64,000 nucleotides of DNA from Dehalococcoidia bacterium (GTDB lineage Bacteria > Chloroflexota > Dehalococcoidia > UBA2979): positions 1,984,001 to 2,048,000 of the forward strand of contig OZ244720.1 of NCBI GenBank assembly GCA_965219085.1, read 5' to 3'. The position numbers and the translations under genes were made by a program. The notes below the pieces were generated by a model. It made no database searches. It saw only the letters and a list, made by a program, of their open reading frames with translations, and was not told the origin of the DNA. Positions 8,661 to 18,874 of this stretch are shown here, piece by piece. The first letter of the stretch is position 1; every line of letters begins with the position of its first letter.

Positions 8661-10454
8661 ATGGATGACCTGCTTTCCATTAGCGCTTTCAGCCGCAGGC
8701 GGCTCCTGCAGACGGGATTCCTGGCCGGTACCGGGCTGGCCATCGCAGCCCTCGTCGGGTGCGGCGGCGATGACGACGACGACGACGACGATGACACGAC
8801 GACAGCCGTCACGACCGAGGTGGAGGAAGACGAGGATCAGGCGGCCGCGCCAGCGACGACCGCCGCGCCGGACGAATCGGGCGAGCGCTTCACCACGGTG
8901 ATCCCGTGGCCGGACAAGACCCCGGTCAAGGGCGGCGCCCTCACCCTCTCCGAGGGCCAGCAGATCGGCTCGTTCGACCCGACGAAGTCGGGCGCCATCG
9001 GCAACCTCAGGCACACCGGCACGGCGATGGAGACGCTGCTCGGCTGGCGCCTCACCCACGACCAGGCCGAGCTCAACCAGCGCGACATCAACCGCGATAT
9101 CGAGGGCAACCTCGCCGAGTCCTGGGAACTGCAGCCCGACGGGCTGACCTACACGTTCTCGATCCGCCCGGGCGTGAAGTGGCACAACAAGCCGCCGGTC
9201 GACGGCCGGGCCTTCGTCGCCCAGGACGTGCGCTTCGCGTACGAGCGCTACGCCGAGACCGGCGTGTGGCAGCAGCTGTTCGCCTTCGTCGACGCGTGGG
9301 ACACGCCGGACGACCACTCGCTCACGCTGCGCATGCGGCGGCCGTCGCCGGACATCGTCGTGCCGTTCGGCGAGCAGAACCTCGCGATCTACCCGCGCGA
9401 GGTCGTCGACGACGGATCGATCGACACGGTGCTTGTCGGCACCGGCCCGCTGATCCAGGACGAGTACTCGCAGTCCGAGTTCGCGCGCTACTCGCCGAAC
9501 CCGGACCACTGGGGGCCCGGGACGTACCTCGACGGCTACGAGGTGCTCGTCACGCCGGACGCGGCGACGCGGCTCAGCCAGTTCCGCGCGGGACAGGCGG
9601 CGGTCGGACGGGCCGGCTCGCTGGCCCAGCTCGAGGACGTGCGCGGTACGAACCCGGGAGTGCAAGTCGGGCAGAGCGCGTGGACGAAGTCGATCTTCGG
9701 GATGGTGTTCAACCAGAAGGAAGAGAAGTGGCAGGACGTGCGCGTCCGCCAGGCCCTGCACCTCGGCATCGACCGCGACGAGATCAACGTGCTGCTCTAC
9801 GACGGGATCTCCGACACGCTGCCGATCATCCCGTGGAACCACGTCTTCGATGAGAAGCCGAGCGCCGACCGCGGCGAGCTCGGACCGTGGTGGCGCTACG
9901 ACCCCGACGAGGCGATGAAGCTCCTCCAGGCTGCCGGCGCCGAGGGCCTGGAGATCGACTTCCTGATCTTCCGCGGCTACGTGCGCGACCAGAACGACGT
10001 GTGGGTGGACCAGCTGCGGCGCATCGGGGTCAACCTCAACCCGCGTGATGCGGATTACGTCGAGTTCAACTCGCAGCTCGCGGGTGTGTCCTACCCCGAC
10101 GCCATCGGAGCCTGGGACATCCACGGCACGCAGGCGGACAACTACTTCCGCGACCAGCTCCTGTCGACGTCGCCGGGGAACTGGCACAACATCAACGACC
10201 CGCAACTCGACGAATGGGCCGAGCAGCAAAGCGTCGAGCTCGATCCCGACGCGCGCCGCGAGATCCTTCGCCTCATCTGGGACAAGGTCCTGGCGGATGT
10301 GCACCGCGTCGAGCACACGAACTTCCTGAGCTTCGTCCTGTACCAGCCGTGGCTGCACGGCATGCAGTGGCGCGTCGGAAGCGACGGCCTCGGCGGAAGC
10401 GTGTTCGGCTACAACAACTCGCGGTTCATCTCGTCGGTCTGGATCGAGAAGTAG
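8661..10454 (+). CDS. ABC transporter solute-binding protein, family 5 (DppA/OppA-like), Tat lipoprotein
   Basis: SRRRLL Tat motif, LVGC lipobox, poly-Asp linker, LAESWE..DGLTYTF.IRPGVKWH, VGTGP, DVRVRQAL. Confidence 0.92.
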   Translation: MDDLLSISAFSRRRLLQTGFLAGTGLAIAALVGCGGDDDDDDDDDTTTAVTTEVEEDEDQAAAPATTAAPDESGERFTTVIPWPDKTPVKGGALTLSEGQQIGSFDPTKSGAIGNLRHTGTAMETLLGWRLTHDQAELNQRDINRDIEGNLAESWELQPDGLTYTFSIRPGVKWHNKPPVDGRAFVAQDVRFAYERYAETGVWQQLFAFVDAWDTPDDHSLTLRMRRPSPDIVVPFGEQNLAIYPREVVDDGSIDTVLVGTGPLIQDEYSQSEFARYSPNPDHWGPGTYLDGYEVLVTPDAATRLSQFRAGQAAVGRAGSLAQLEDVRGTNPGVQVGQSAWTKSIFGMVFNQKEEKWQDVRVRQALHLGIDRDEINVLLYDGISDTLPIIPWNHVFDEKPSADRGELGPWWRYDPDEAMKLLQAAGAEGLEIDFLIFRGYVRDQNDVWVDQLRRIGVNLNPRDADYVEFNSQLAGVSYPDAIGAWDIHGTQADNYFRDQLLSTSPGNWHNINDPQLDEWAEQQSVELDPDARREILRLIWDKVLADVHRVEHTNFLSFVLYQPWLHGMQWRVGSDGLGGSVFGYNNSRFISSVWIEK

Positions 10455-10481
10455 CGGTCCAGGGGGGAACCACACACGGCG

Positions 10482-10517
10482 GGGCTGGGGAGCGCGCAAG
10501 CGCTGCCCTCAGCCCCG
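10482..10517 (+). other. GC-rich hairpin (GCAA loop) after the solute-binding-protein gene; likely mRNA-stabilising or attenuating
   Basis: gggctgggg-agcgc-GCAA-gcgct-gccctcagccc; no U-tract. Confidence 0.45.
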
Positions 10518-10569
10518 GCGCGCCCTGTGAGGCGCCGGGCGGCACAATGAGGATCCGGAGCGGCGGATC

Positions 10570-11520
10570 GTGACGACGTACATCATCAAGCGGCTGCTGC
10601 TCTCGATTCCCACACTGCTGCTGGTCTCGTTCGTGATCTTCTCGCTGCTGCGCATCGTGCCGGGGGATGTCGTGATCGCCCGGATCGCCGAGAGTGGGTA
10701 CTTCTCCCAGGAAGACCTCGACGAGATGCGCGCGGAGCTGGGCCTCGATCGACCCTTCGCCCAGCAATACGTGACCTGGCTCCTGGACGCGGCCAGCGGG
10801 GATCTCGGGCGGTCGCTGTGGAGCGATGAGCCCGTGCTGCCGGGCATCATCAAACGGCTGCGCGTCTCCGCACAGCTTGCGCTGTTCGGAATGGCGATGG
10901 CAGTGGTCTTATCCGTCCCGCTCGGCGTCATATCGGCGATCAGCCGGGATTCACCCACCGACTACGGAGCGCGGCTCTTCGCGATCCTCGGGCTCTCGCT
11001 GCCCGACTTCTGGATCGCGACGATCCTGATGCTCGTGCTGGTGCTCTACGTCGGTTGGTTACCACAGTTCGGCTACTTCTCGCCGTTCACGGACCCCTGG
11101 AAGAACTTCCAGGCGATGGTCTTCCCGACGCTCATCATCGGCTACCGGCTGTCTGCGATCAGCGCGCGCATGATGCGCTCCACCATGCTCGAGGTGCTGC
11201 GGAACGACTACGTACGCACCGCGCGCGCGAAGGGGCTCGCCGAGCGATCCGTGCTCTACCGCCACGCGCTCCCCAACGCCGTGCTGCCGGTGATCACGAT
11301 CATGGGGGCTCAGCTCACGCAATTGCTCGGCGGGCTCGTGGTGATTGAGTCGATCTTCTCCCTACCCGGCGTCGGCCGCCTGACGTTCGACGCGGTGACG
11401 CTGCGCGACTACACCGTCGTGCAGGGCACCGTGATGATGTTCGCGATCGCCTTCGTCCTTGCGAATCTCGTTGTCGACCTGTCGTACGCCTTGATCGACC
11501 CACGGATCAGGTACCAGTAG
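10570..11520 (+). CDS. Peptide/nickel ABC permease (DppB-like)
   Basis: YIIKRLL, LGLDRP, DYVRTARAKGL EAA loop, DPRIRY. Confidence 0.93.
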   Translation: MTTYIIKRLLLSIPTLLLVSFVIFSLLRIVPGDVVIARIAESGYFSQEDLDEMRAELGLDRPFAQQYVTWLLDAASGDLGRSLWSDEPVLPGIIKRLRVSAQLALFGMAMAVVLSVPLGVISAISRDSPTDYGARLFAILGLSLPDFWIATILMLVLVLYVGWLPQFGYFSPFTDPWKNFQAMVFPTLIIGYRLSAISARMMRSTMLEVLRNDYVRTARAKGLAERSVLYRHALPNAVLPVITIMGAQLTQLLGGLVVIESIFSLPGVGRLTFDAVTLRDYTVVQGTVMMFAIAFVLANLVVDLSYALIDPRIRYQ

Positions 11521-11554
11521 GCGTGGCGACACTCAGCCGCGCCGGCGGGAGCGT

Positions 11555-12472
11555 ATGAGCACTGCACAGCCAGGCGGGTCGGACGCGGTAACGGAGCTGC
11601 AGGCGGCCGGCTTGAGCCTGGAATCGCGTGCTCCCGCCGTAGACATCAGCTTGCGGATCCTGCGCTCCCCCGTGGGTTCCTCGTCGTCGGTTGTGATCGC
11701 CATGCTCGCGCTCTCGGCGATCTTCGCGCCGCTGATCGCGCCGTACGACCCGATTGCAATCTCGCTCGACAGCTTCCAGAGTCCAAGCCTCACGCACCCC
11801 ATGGGCACGGATAACCTCGGACGTGATGTGTTCTCGAGGGTCCTGTACGGCTCGCGCATCTCGCTCTACGTTGCGGCGCTGGCGGCCACCTCCGGAACGC
11901 TCGTGGGTTGCTGCCTGGGCCTGCTCAGCGGGTTCTTCGGCGGGTGGTTTGACCTGGTCGCACAGCGCGTCGTCGACGCGATGCTGGCGTTCCCCGCGCT
12001 CGTACTGGCGATGGCGCTCGTGGCCGTCCTCGGTCCGAGCACGACGAACGGCCTGCTGGCGATCTCAATCGTCATCATCCCCGGCAACTCGCGGGTTATC
12101 CGCAGCGCTGTGCTCTCCGTCAAGGAGAGCACCTACGTGGAGGCGGCCTACTCGATCGGCGCTTCGCCGCTGCGGGTGATGCTCCGTCACATCCTGCCGC
12201 AGGTGTTCGCACCAATCCTCATCCTGGTCTCGACGGTGCTCGGCGCGGCCATCCTGATCGAGACCGCGCTGAGCTTCCTCGGGCTCGGCACGCAGCCGCC
12301 CGATCCATCCTGGGGCCAGATGCTGAGCGGGTCCGGACGCGAGTACATGGAGCAGGCCCCGTGGCTCGCGATCTTCCCCGGCCTCGCCATCAGCGTCACC
12401 GTCCTGGCGTTCAACATGCTCGGCGACGTGGTCCGGGATGTGCTCGACCCGAGGCTGCGCGGTTCGCAGTAG
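11555..12472 (+). CDS. Peptide/nickel ABC permease (DppC-like)
   Basis: HPMGTDNLGRDVFSR, YVEAAYSIGA, LSFLGLG, PSWG, DPRLR. Confidence 0.93.
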   Translation: MSTAQPGGSDAVTELQAAGLSLESRAPAVDISLRILRSPVGSSSSVVIAMLALSAIFAPLIAPYDPIAISLDSFQSPSLTHPMGTDNLGRDVFSRVLYGSRISLYVAALAATSGTLVGCCLGLLSGFFGGWFDLVAQRVVDAMLAFPALVLAMALVAVLGPSTTNGLLAISIVIIPGNSRVIRSAVLSVKESTYVEAAYSIGASPLRVMLRHILPQVFAPILILVSTVLGAAILIETALSFLGLGTQPPDPSWGQMLSGSGREYMEQAPWLAIFPGLAISVTVLAFNMLGDVVRDVLDPRLRGSQ

Positions 12473-12499
12473 CGACATGCCCCCGACGCGGTTTCGGCG

Positions 12500-12620
12500 C
12501 CGCCGTGTCCCGGGGGCGACCGAGGCCACCTACGAGGTGCAGGCCGCGGACGTGGGCTACAGGCCGGTGGCGAGGGTCTCGTACACGGACGACGATGGCT
12601 TCCGCGACAACCTGGGAGAG
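12500..12620 (+). pseudogene. Fragment of an Ig-like surface-protein repeat
   Basis: PGATEATYEVQAADVGYRPVARVSYTDDDG resembles the GATxxTYxxxxADxGxxxxVxVSxTDD repeat of large secreted proteins; no intact gene. Confidence 0.55.
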
Positions 12621-12709
12621 ACGCGAGCGGGCGACACCTCGGCCTCCGGTGAGAAATGTCGCCCGCACACCTTGCAGAATCTATGCGGAATCACCCTCAA
12701 CGCTCGCGA

Positions 12710-14005
12710 TCAGACGGCCTCGGTCTGACCCGGAAGACCGAGGTCCGCCCCGCCGCCCACGATGCGACGAAGCGCAAGACGCCAGGCTACAAGGGCGAGG
12801 ACGAGGATGACGGCACCCTCCAGGATGGCGACGGCACGGAGGCCGACCAGATCGGCGAGGGCGCCCGCGAAGATGGCGCCCACCGGGAAGAGTCCGAATA
12901 TCGTGAAGGCGAGGCCCATCACGCGGCCTCGCATCTCGTCGGGGACGCGTATCAGCAGAAAGGTATCGTAGGCCACGAAGAGCGCGCTCTGAGCTGCGCC
13001 CGCAACACCGAGCGCGGCTGCCGTCAGCAGGATCCACTGGGAGAAGCCGTAGATGATTGCGGCTGCGCCGGTTCCGACGATGCCGAGGAACATGAGGTAG
13101 CCGATCTGCCTCGGCCGTCCCACCGCCGCGACGGCCATCGCCCCAATCACGCCGCCGGCGCCGAGCGACGCGCTGAGGAACCCAAACATCGCGGCGCCAC
13201 CGCCAAGTTCCTCCTCGACGAACAGCGCAAGCAGGAGTATGTACGACGCGCCGAGTACGAACGGCGTGACGACCACGGCGGTGAGCCTCAGCAGGTGGGG
13301 GTCGGCTCTCAGGTAGTCGATCGCCTGTCGCAAGTCGGCGGTCACGGAGCGGGAGTCAGCGCGCTCGATCGAACCGAACGAAGCCGCGACGCCGATCAGC
13401 AATATCATGGCGGCCGCCAGATGCGCGCCGGATGTGGCGAAGTAGGCGACGCCGACGCCCACCCCGCCGACGAGCAACCCGCCGATGGCCGGGCCGACCA
13501 CGCTCGGCACGCTGTGACTGGCAGTGTTCAGCGACGTGGCGTTCATGAAGTGCTCCTGAGGCACCAGGCGGCCCGTCATGGCCTGGCTCGCCGGGAAGCG
13601 CACTGCACCCAGCAGGCCGCTAATGAGCGAGGCGACGAGCACATGCCAGACAGCCACGAGGTCGGCGACAACCAGGACGCCGAGCGTCACAGCCACGAGC
13701 ACGGCCATCAGGTTGTCGATCAGCAGCAGATTGCGTCGATTGAACCGGTCGGCAATGAGGCCCATCGGGATCGACCCCAGTGCGAAGGTGACCGCCCACG
13801 CTGCCTCGACCGCACCCAGGACCAGAGCGGAGTCGGTGAGTTGGACGACCAGCCAGGCGCGAGCAGTGAACTGCACCATCAGGCCCATCGACACGATGAA
13901 GTTGCTCGCCCAGAAGTAGCGGAACTGCCGGAACTTCAGCGAGCGCAGGGCGCGGTGGACGACACCTCCGCGCTCAACGATGGGCAGCTCGGTGGGGTCA
14001 TTCAC
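12710..14005 (-). CDS. MFS transporter (MFS_3/EntS-like)
   Basis: FRYFWASNF, GLIADRFNRR motif A, ~12 TM helices, VPDEMRGRVMG. Confidence 0.9.
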   Translation of the reverse strand: MNDPTELPIVERGGVVHRALRSLKFRQFRYFWASNFIVSMGLMVQFTARAWLVVQLTDSALVLGAVEAAWAVTFALGSIPMGLIADRFNRRNLLLIDNLMAVLVAVTLGVLVVADLVAVWHVLVASLISGLLGAVRFPASQAMTGRLVPQEHFMNATSLNTASHSVPSVVGPAIGGLLVGGVGVGVAYFATSGAHLAAAMILLIGVAASFGSIERADSRSVTADLRQAIDYLRADPHLLRLTAVVVTPFVLGASYILLLALFVEEELGGGAAMFGFLSASLGAGGVIGAMAVAAVGRPRQIGYLMFLGIVGTGAAAIIYGFSQWILLTAAALGVAGAAQSALFVAYDTFLLIRVPDEMRGRVMGLAFTIFGLFPVGAIFAGALADLVGLRAVAILEGAVILVLALVAWRLALRRIVGGGADLGLPGQTEAV

Positions 14006-14105
14006 GATGGCTGCCCGGCGGCGGCCATGAAGAGCTTACGCACGCGTCCGGGGTCTTCCTCGCCGAGTCGATCCGGGACGCGGTCACAGCTTCGAGCAAC
14101 CACGG

Positions 14106-14426
14106 CTAACCGACGACGCCCGCCCCGCGCAGCCGCTCGATCCCCGCATCATCTCGCTCGAGGTCTCTCAGCACCTCGGTCGTGTGCTCGCCAGGCGCAG
14201 GAGCGGCCAGGCGAACGTTGCCCGGCGTCCCGGAGTACTTCGGGCCGATGCCTACCTGGTGCACGGCGCCGACCTTCGGGTCGTCGACTTCAATCAGCAT
14301 CTGGCGCGCGATCGCATGCTCGTTCTTGAACACCTCGTCAAGGGCGTGTCGACCCGGCGCGTACCCGGACAGGTCGAGGACTCTGACTCCGGCCGGCGGA
14401 CCGGTCGCGACAGTGGGATTCGTCAT
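14106..14426 (-). pseudogene. Internally deleted CaiB/BaiF CoA-transferase
   Basis: N-terminal GVRVLDLSGYAPG joined directly to C-terminal ..HAIARQML..APAPGEHTTEVL..LRGAGVV; ~106 aa versus ~400 for a full domain. Confidence 0.8.
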
Positions 14427-14810
14427 GCGATACATCCTCCCCGGATCACGCGGGCTGCGCGAGCGGGATCATGGTAACGCGAAGGCGTGACCGGCTTCCC
14501 GGCGTTCTTCGTGGTTGACGGCGGACTGAGCCGGCCCTCAGCCAGCGCGGGAGCCCTGCCGCGAGCGACGTGAGCGACGCGGGGATGCCGGCGGGCTCAT
14601 GCGTCGCGTGGCTCGCCTGGCCGGTGGAGGCAACGTTCGGCAGGTGAGTATCCGATCCATGCGCCGGCCTTGAGTCCCGGCATGGTCGATGTCATCGTGT
14701 GAAGCGACGCCACGATGCATCAGCTACTGCATCGTGAATGTAGCTTGCACTAATGTCTGTGCGTAGGTTCTACTGGTGTCCAGGTGCAGTGCTAACGCGG
14801 CAACGCGTAT

Positions 14811-15908
14811 GTGCGCGGCGACTTCCGGAGGGTAGCAGTGGCGTTACCTGGATTTGGTGCGGACCTACCGCGCAGAGCGAGTCCGCGCGCATCCGGCCGT
14901 GCGTGCCTCGCGCTGGTCGTCGCGGTGGCGGTGGCGGCCGTGGCGGTGCTGGCTGCGAGCTGCGGGGACGACGAGGAGCAGCGGCTCACGATCTACTCGG
15001 GCCGCAGCCCGGAGCTGGTCGGGCCACTGCTGGAGCGCTTCACCGAGGAGACGGGCATCAACGTCGGCGTCCGCTACGGCGGCACCGCACAACTCGCGGC
15101 CCTGCTCATCGAAGAGGGCGACCAGAGCCCGGCGGACATCTTCATCGCCCAGGACGCGGGCGCGCTCGGCGCCGTGCAGGCGGCCGGCCTCTTCACCACC
15201 ATCGACGACGATATCCTCGAACGCGTCGCGCCGGCGTACCGCTCACGAGAGGGCGTCTGGGTCGGGCTCTCCGGGCGTGCGCGCGCGATCGTCTACAACA
15301 CCGACGCGCTCGACCCTTCCGAGCTCCCCGACTCGATCCTCGAGTTCACCGACCCCAAGTGGCGCGGCCGGGTGGCGTGGGCGCCGACCAACGGCTCGTT
15401 CCAGGCCTGGGTCACCGCGCTGCGCGTCAGCGAGGGCGAAGACGGCGCGCGCGCGTGGCTCGAGGGGATGCTCGCGAACGACTCGCCCGAGTTCCCGAAC
15501 AACGTCTCGATCGTCGCGGCGGTGGGTCGCGGTGAGGTCGACGCCGGCCTCGTCAACCACTACTACCTGAACCGCTTCCTCGCGGAGCAGGGCGAGGACT
15601 TCCCCGCCCGCAACCACCACACGGGCCCCGGCGACATCGGGACGCTGGTCAACGTCGCGGGCGCGGGCGTGCTCCGCAGTTCGGAGGCGACCGACGAGGC
15701 GCGCCGGTTCATCGAGTTCATGCTGAGCGAGGAGGCCCAGCGCTACTACGCCGAAACGAACGCCGAGCACCCACTCGTGGCCGGGGTGGCCGGTGCTCCC
15801 GGGCTGCGATCGATCGCCGATCTGCAGCCGCCCGCGATCGACCTGAGCGACCTCTCGGATCTCGAGGGCACGCTCCGGCTGCTGCGCTCTACCGGCGTGC
15901 TGCCGTAG
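14811..15908 (+). CDS. Fe3+ ABC transporter substrate-binding lipoprotein (FutA/FbpA-like), orphan
   Basis: LAASC lipobox, LTIYSGR, EGDQSPADIF, VNHYY tandem-Tyr iron ligands; start uncertain. Confidence 0.87.
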   Translation: MRGDFRRVAVALPGFGADLPRRASPRASGRACLALVVAVAVAAVAVLAASCGDDEEQRLTIYSGRSPELVGPLLERFTEETGINVGVRYGGTAQLAALLIEEGDQSPADIFIAQDAGALGAVQAAGLFTTIDDDILERVAPAYRSREGVWVGLSGRARAIVYNTDALDPSELPDSILEFTDPKWRGRVAWAPTNGSFQAWVTALRVSEGEDGARAWLEGMLANDSPEFPNNVSIVAAVGRGEVDAGLVNHYYLNRFLAEQGEDFPARNHHTGPGDIGTLVNVAGAGVLRSSEATDEARRFIEFMLSEEAQRYYAETNAEHPLVAGVAGAPGLRSIADLQPPAIDLSDLSDLEGTLRLLRSTGVLP

Positions 15909-16067
15909 GCCAACTCCGGGTGTCCTGGCTGCACGGTCGCGCGTGGGGGCGCTCCCGTCTGGAGGCGCCGCGGCGCGAGCGGGCTGCGGTGAGATGACGA
16001 GTTCCAGTTGGCCCATCTATATGCTGGTCGCGCGCACGCGATGCTGGCCCCGGCCAGAGAGGACCGC

Positions 16068-17024
16068 ATGACGCTCGACTTTGCGACTGCCCGGCTGCTG
16101 ATGCAGATGGCGGAAGCCGGCGGCACGCCGCTGCACGAGAGCACGCCCGCGGAGGCGCGCGCGCTCGGGCGCGCGCTCATGGAGCTCAACGGCCCGGCGC
16201 CACCGATGCTTCGCGTCGACGAGCACAGCCTCGCCAGGCCGGACGGCACGGTCCCGATCCGCGTGTTGGCGCCGCTGGAGCAGCCGGCCGGCGTGATCGT
16301 CTACTACCACGGTGGCGGCTGGGTCATCGGTTCGATCGACGAGTCAGACACCGTGGCGCGCAAGCTCGCCGAGCGCACGTCGTGCACGGTGGTGCTCGTC
16401 GGCTACCGGCTCGCGCCCGAGCACCGCTACCCAGTGGCGGTCGACGACTCGTACGCGGCGCTGGAGTGGGTCGGCGAGCACGTCGATGAGCTGGCAAGGC
16501 CGGGCGCTCCACTGTTTGTCGCTGGTGACAGCGCCGGCGGCAACCTCGCGGCCGTGATGGCGCTGCGAGCGCGCGATCGCCGAGGCCCGCCGATCGCGGC
16601 GCAGATCCTGATCTACCCGGTCACCGACGCCGACTTCGAGCGTCCGTCGTACACCGATCCCGGGAACCAGCTACTGCTGACGCGCGAGGCCATGGCCTGG
16701 TTCTGGGATCACTACGTCCCGGACGCCGCGCGACGCGTCGAGCCCGACGCCTCGCCGCTGCGCGCCGCCGACCTCGCCGGGCTGCCACCGGCGGTCGTGC
16801 TGACCGCCGAGCACGACGTGCTGCGCGACGAGGGCGAAGCCTACGCCGAGCGGCTCGAGGCGGCCGGAGTGCCGGTCAACCTCCAGCGCCACGAGGGTCA
16901 GACACACGGCTTCTTCACGCTGCTGATGCTACCGGGCAGCGAGCGCGGCTTTCAGCAGGTGGTAAAGGCCGTGCGCGCGACGATCGCCGAGCGTGCGAGG
17001 GAGGCCGCGAACGCGACGCCGTAA
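16068..17024 (+). CDS. HSL-family alpha/beta hydrolase (esterase/lactonase)
   Basis: HGGGW oxyanion motif, GDSAG nucleophile, DVLRDEG, HGF. Confidence 0.92.
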   Translation: MTLDFATARLLMQMAEAGGTPLHESTPAEARALGRALMELNGPAPPMLRVDEHSLARPDGTVPIRVLAPLEQPAGVIVYYHGGGWVIGSIDESDTVARKLAERTSCTVVLVGYRLAPEHRYPVAVDDSYAALEWVGEHVDELARPGAPLFVAGDSAGGNLAAVMALRARDRRGPPIAAQILIYPVTDADFERPSYTDPGNQLLLTREAMAWFWDHYVPDAARRVEPDASPLRAADLAGLPPAVVLTAEHDVLRDEGEAYAERLEAAGVPVNLQRHEGQTHGFFTLLMLPGSERGFQQVVKAVRATIAERAREAANATP

Positions 17025-17100
17025 CCCACGCTTCGCGCGCGAGGCGATAGAGTGTGGCGGGCGCGGCCTCGCGGGCGCCGCTCGACGCGGGAGGATTGAG

Positions 17101-18738
17101 ATGACGACCAACACCAGCCAGTCAGAACTCGACGCCGTCGTGGTGGGGGCGGGATTCTCCGGCATGTACATGCTCTACCGGCTGCGCGAAGTGCTCGGCC
17201 TGTCCGCGCGCGTGTTCGAGGCGGGGGACAACGTCGGCGGTACCTGGTACTGGAACCGCTACCCCGGCGCGCGCTGCGACTCCGAGTCGTACGTCTACTG
17301 CTTCTCGTTCGACAAGGACCTCGCCCAGGAGTGGAACTGGAGCGGCAAGTACCCCGAGCAGCCCGAGATCCTGCGCTACCTCAACCACGTCGCCGATCGG
17401 TTCGGCCTCCGCCCCGATATCCAGTTCGAGACGCGCGTCACCGCCGCGCACTTCCGCGAGGACCTCAACCGCTGGGAGATCGAGACCGACCAGGGCGACC
17501 GCGTGCTCGCGCGCTACTTCATCACCGGGATCGGCTGCCTCTCGGCGGGCCAGATCCCCGACATCGAGGGGCTCGATGGCTTCGAGGGCGACTGGTACCA
17601 CACCGGCGCGTGGCCCCACGAAGGCGTCGACCTCGCGGGCAAGCGCGTAGGGGTGGTCGGCACTGGTTCGAGTGGTGTTCAGTCGATCCCGGTGATCGCG
17701 AAGCAGGCAGGGCACGTGACTGTCTTCCAGCGCACGCCGCAGTACATGATCCCGGCCCGCCACGGCACGGTCACGCCCGAGTTCCTCGATGACATCAAGG
17801 GCCGCTACGACCAGATCTTCGAGAAGATCAAATGGTCGGGCGGTGGCGGCCCCTACGACGTCGTCGACCGCTCGGCCCTCGATGTCGGGGACGAGGAGCG
17901 GCGCGCGATCTACGAGGCGGCGTGGGAACAGGGCGGGCACCGCTTCCTCAGCGCCACCTTCCACGACATCGCCGCCGACCGGCGGGCCAACGACACGGCC
18001 TCCGAGTTCATCCGCTCGAAGATCCGCGAAATCGTCCGCGACCCCGAGACCGCCGAGAAGCTGGTCCCGCGCGACCACCCGTTCGCGTCGAAGCGCGCGC
18101 TGATCGACACCGACTACTACGACACCTACAACCGTGACAACGTCGACCTGGTCGACATTCGCCACGACCCGATCGAGGAGATCACGCCGCGCGGCATCCG
18201 CACCCAGGATGGCGAGTACGAGCTCGACATCATCGTCTTCGCCACCGGCTACGACGCGATGACCGGCGCGTTCAACCGCATCGACATCCGCGGCCGCGGC
18301 GGCGAGCTGCTCCGGGAGAAATGGGCGGAGGGCCCGAAGACCTACTTGGGGCTGTCCTCGGCGGGCTTCCCCAACATGTTCATGATCACCGGCCCCGGCA
18401 GCCCCTCGGTGCTGAGCAACATGCCCGTCTCGATCGAGCAGCACGTCGAGTGGATCTCGGACTTCGTCGACCACATGCTCGAGCACGGTGTCGAGATCGC
18501 CGAGGCGGACGCCGATGCCGAGGCGGACTGGGTCGACCACGTCAACGACGCGGCGAGCAAGACGCTCTACCCGCTGGCGGACTCGTGGTACCTGGGCGCC
18601 AACATCCCCGGCAAGCCGCGCGTGTTCATGCCCTACACGGGCGGGGTCGGCAACTACCGCAAGAAGTGCGACGAGGTCGCCGAGGCCGGCTACGAGGGTT
18701 ACGTGCTCCACAGCGAGGCGCCCCTCGGCGTCCGCTGA
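17101..18738 (+). CDS. Type I Baeyer-Villiger monooxygenase (cyclohexanone/phenylacetone monooxygenase-like)
   Basis: GAGFSG, GGTWYWNRYPGARCD, fingerprint FEGDWYHTGAWP, GTGSSG; RBS ggagga. Confidence 0.95.
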   Translation: MTTNTSQSELDAVVVGAGFSGMYMLYRLREVLGLSARVFEAGDNVGGTWYWNRYPGARCDSESYVYCFSFDKDLAQEWNWSGKYPEQPEILRYLNHVADRFGLRPDIQFETRVTAAHFREDLNRWEIETDQGDRVLARYFITGIGCLSAGQIPDIEGLDGFEGDWYHTGAWPHEGVDLAGKRVGVVGTGSSGVQSIPVIAKQAGHVTVFQRTPQYMIPARHGTVTPEFLDDIKGRYDQIFEKIKWSGGGGPYDVVDRSALDVGDEERRAIYEAAWEQGGHRFLSATFHDIAADRRANDTASEFIRSKIREIVRDPETAEKLVPRDHPFASKRALIDTDYYDTYNRDNVDLVDIRHDPIEEITPRGIRTQDGEYELDIIVFATGYDAMTGAFNRIDIRGRGGELLREKWAEGPKTYLGLSSAGFPNMFMITGPGSPSVLSNMPVSIEQHVEWISDFVDHMLEHGVEIAEADADAEADWVDHVNDAASKTLYPLADSWYLGANIPGKPRVFMPYTGGVGNYRKKCDEVAEAGYEGYVLHSEAPLGVR

Positions 18739-18874
18739 GCCGCCGGGCGCGCTCGCCTGAAGGGGATGCGGGACTCGATATCGAGGGTCCGAAGGCGTTC
18801 CCCGAGCATCGCCGCCCGGACGTCATCGACGCGTAGCCTCCTGCGCGAGAGTCGGCACGACGACGGCACAGCCT

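Noticed and set aside
8770-8800. (GAC)n microsatellite as a phase-variation tract
   Set aside because: Triplet repeat encoding the usual acidic linker after the lipobox; slippage keeps the frame.
6249-10499. Long antisense ORFs (768 aa, 635 aa), and similar ones at 53436-55430 and 56778-59441
   Set aside because: Shadow frames opposite well-supported genes, expected at this GC content; no motifs.
14700-14810. Possible Fur/DtxR box upstream of the iron-binding protein gene
   Set aside because: Only a loose AGCTAC/GTAGCT inverted repeat; no convincing match to either consensus.
18745-18836. Short coding-like tail DAGLDIEGPKAFPEHRRPDVIDA-stop
   Set aside because: May be a gene remnant but too short to assign.
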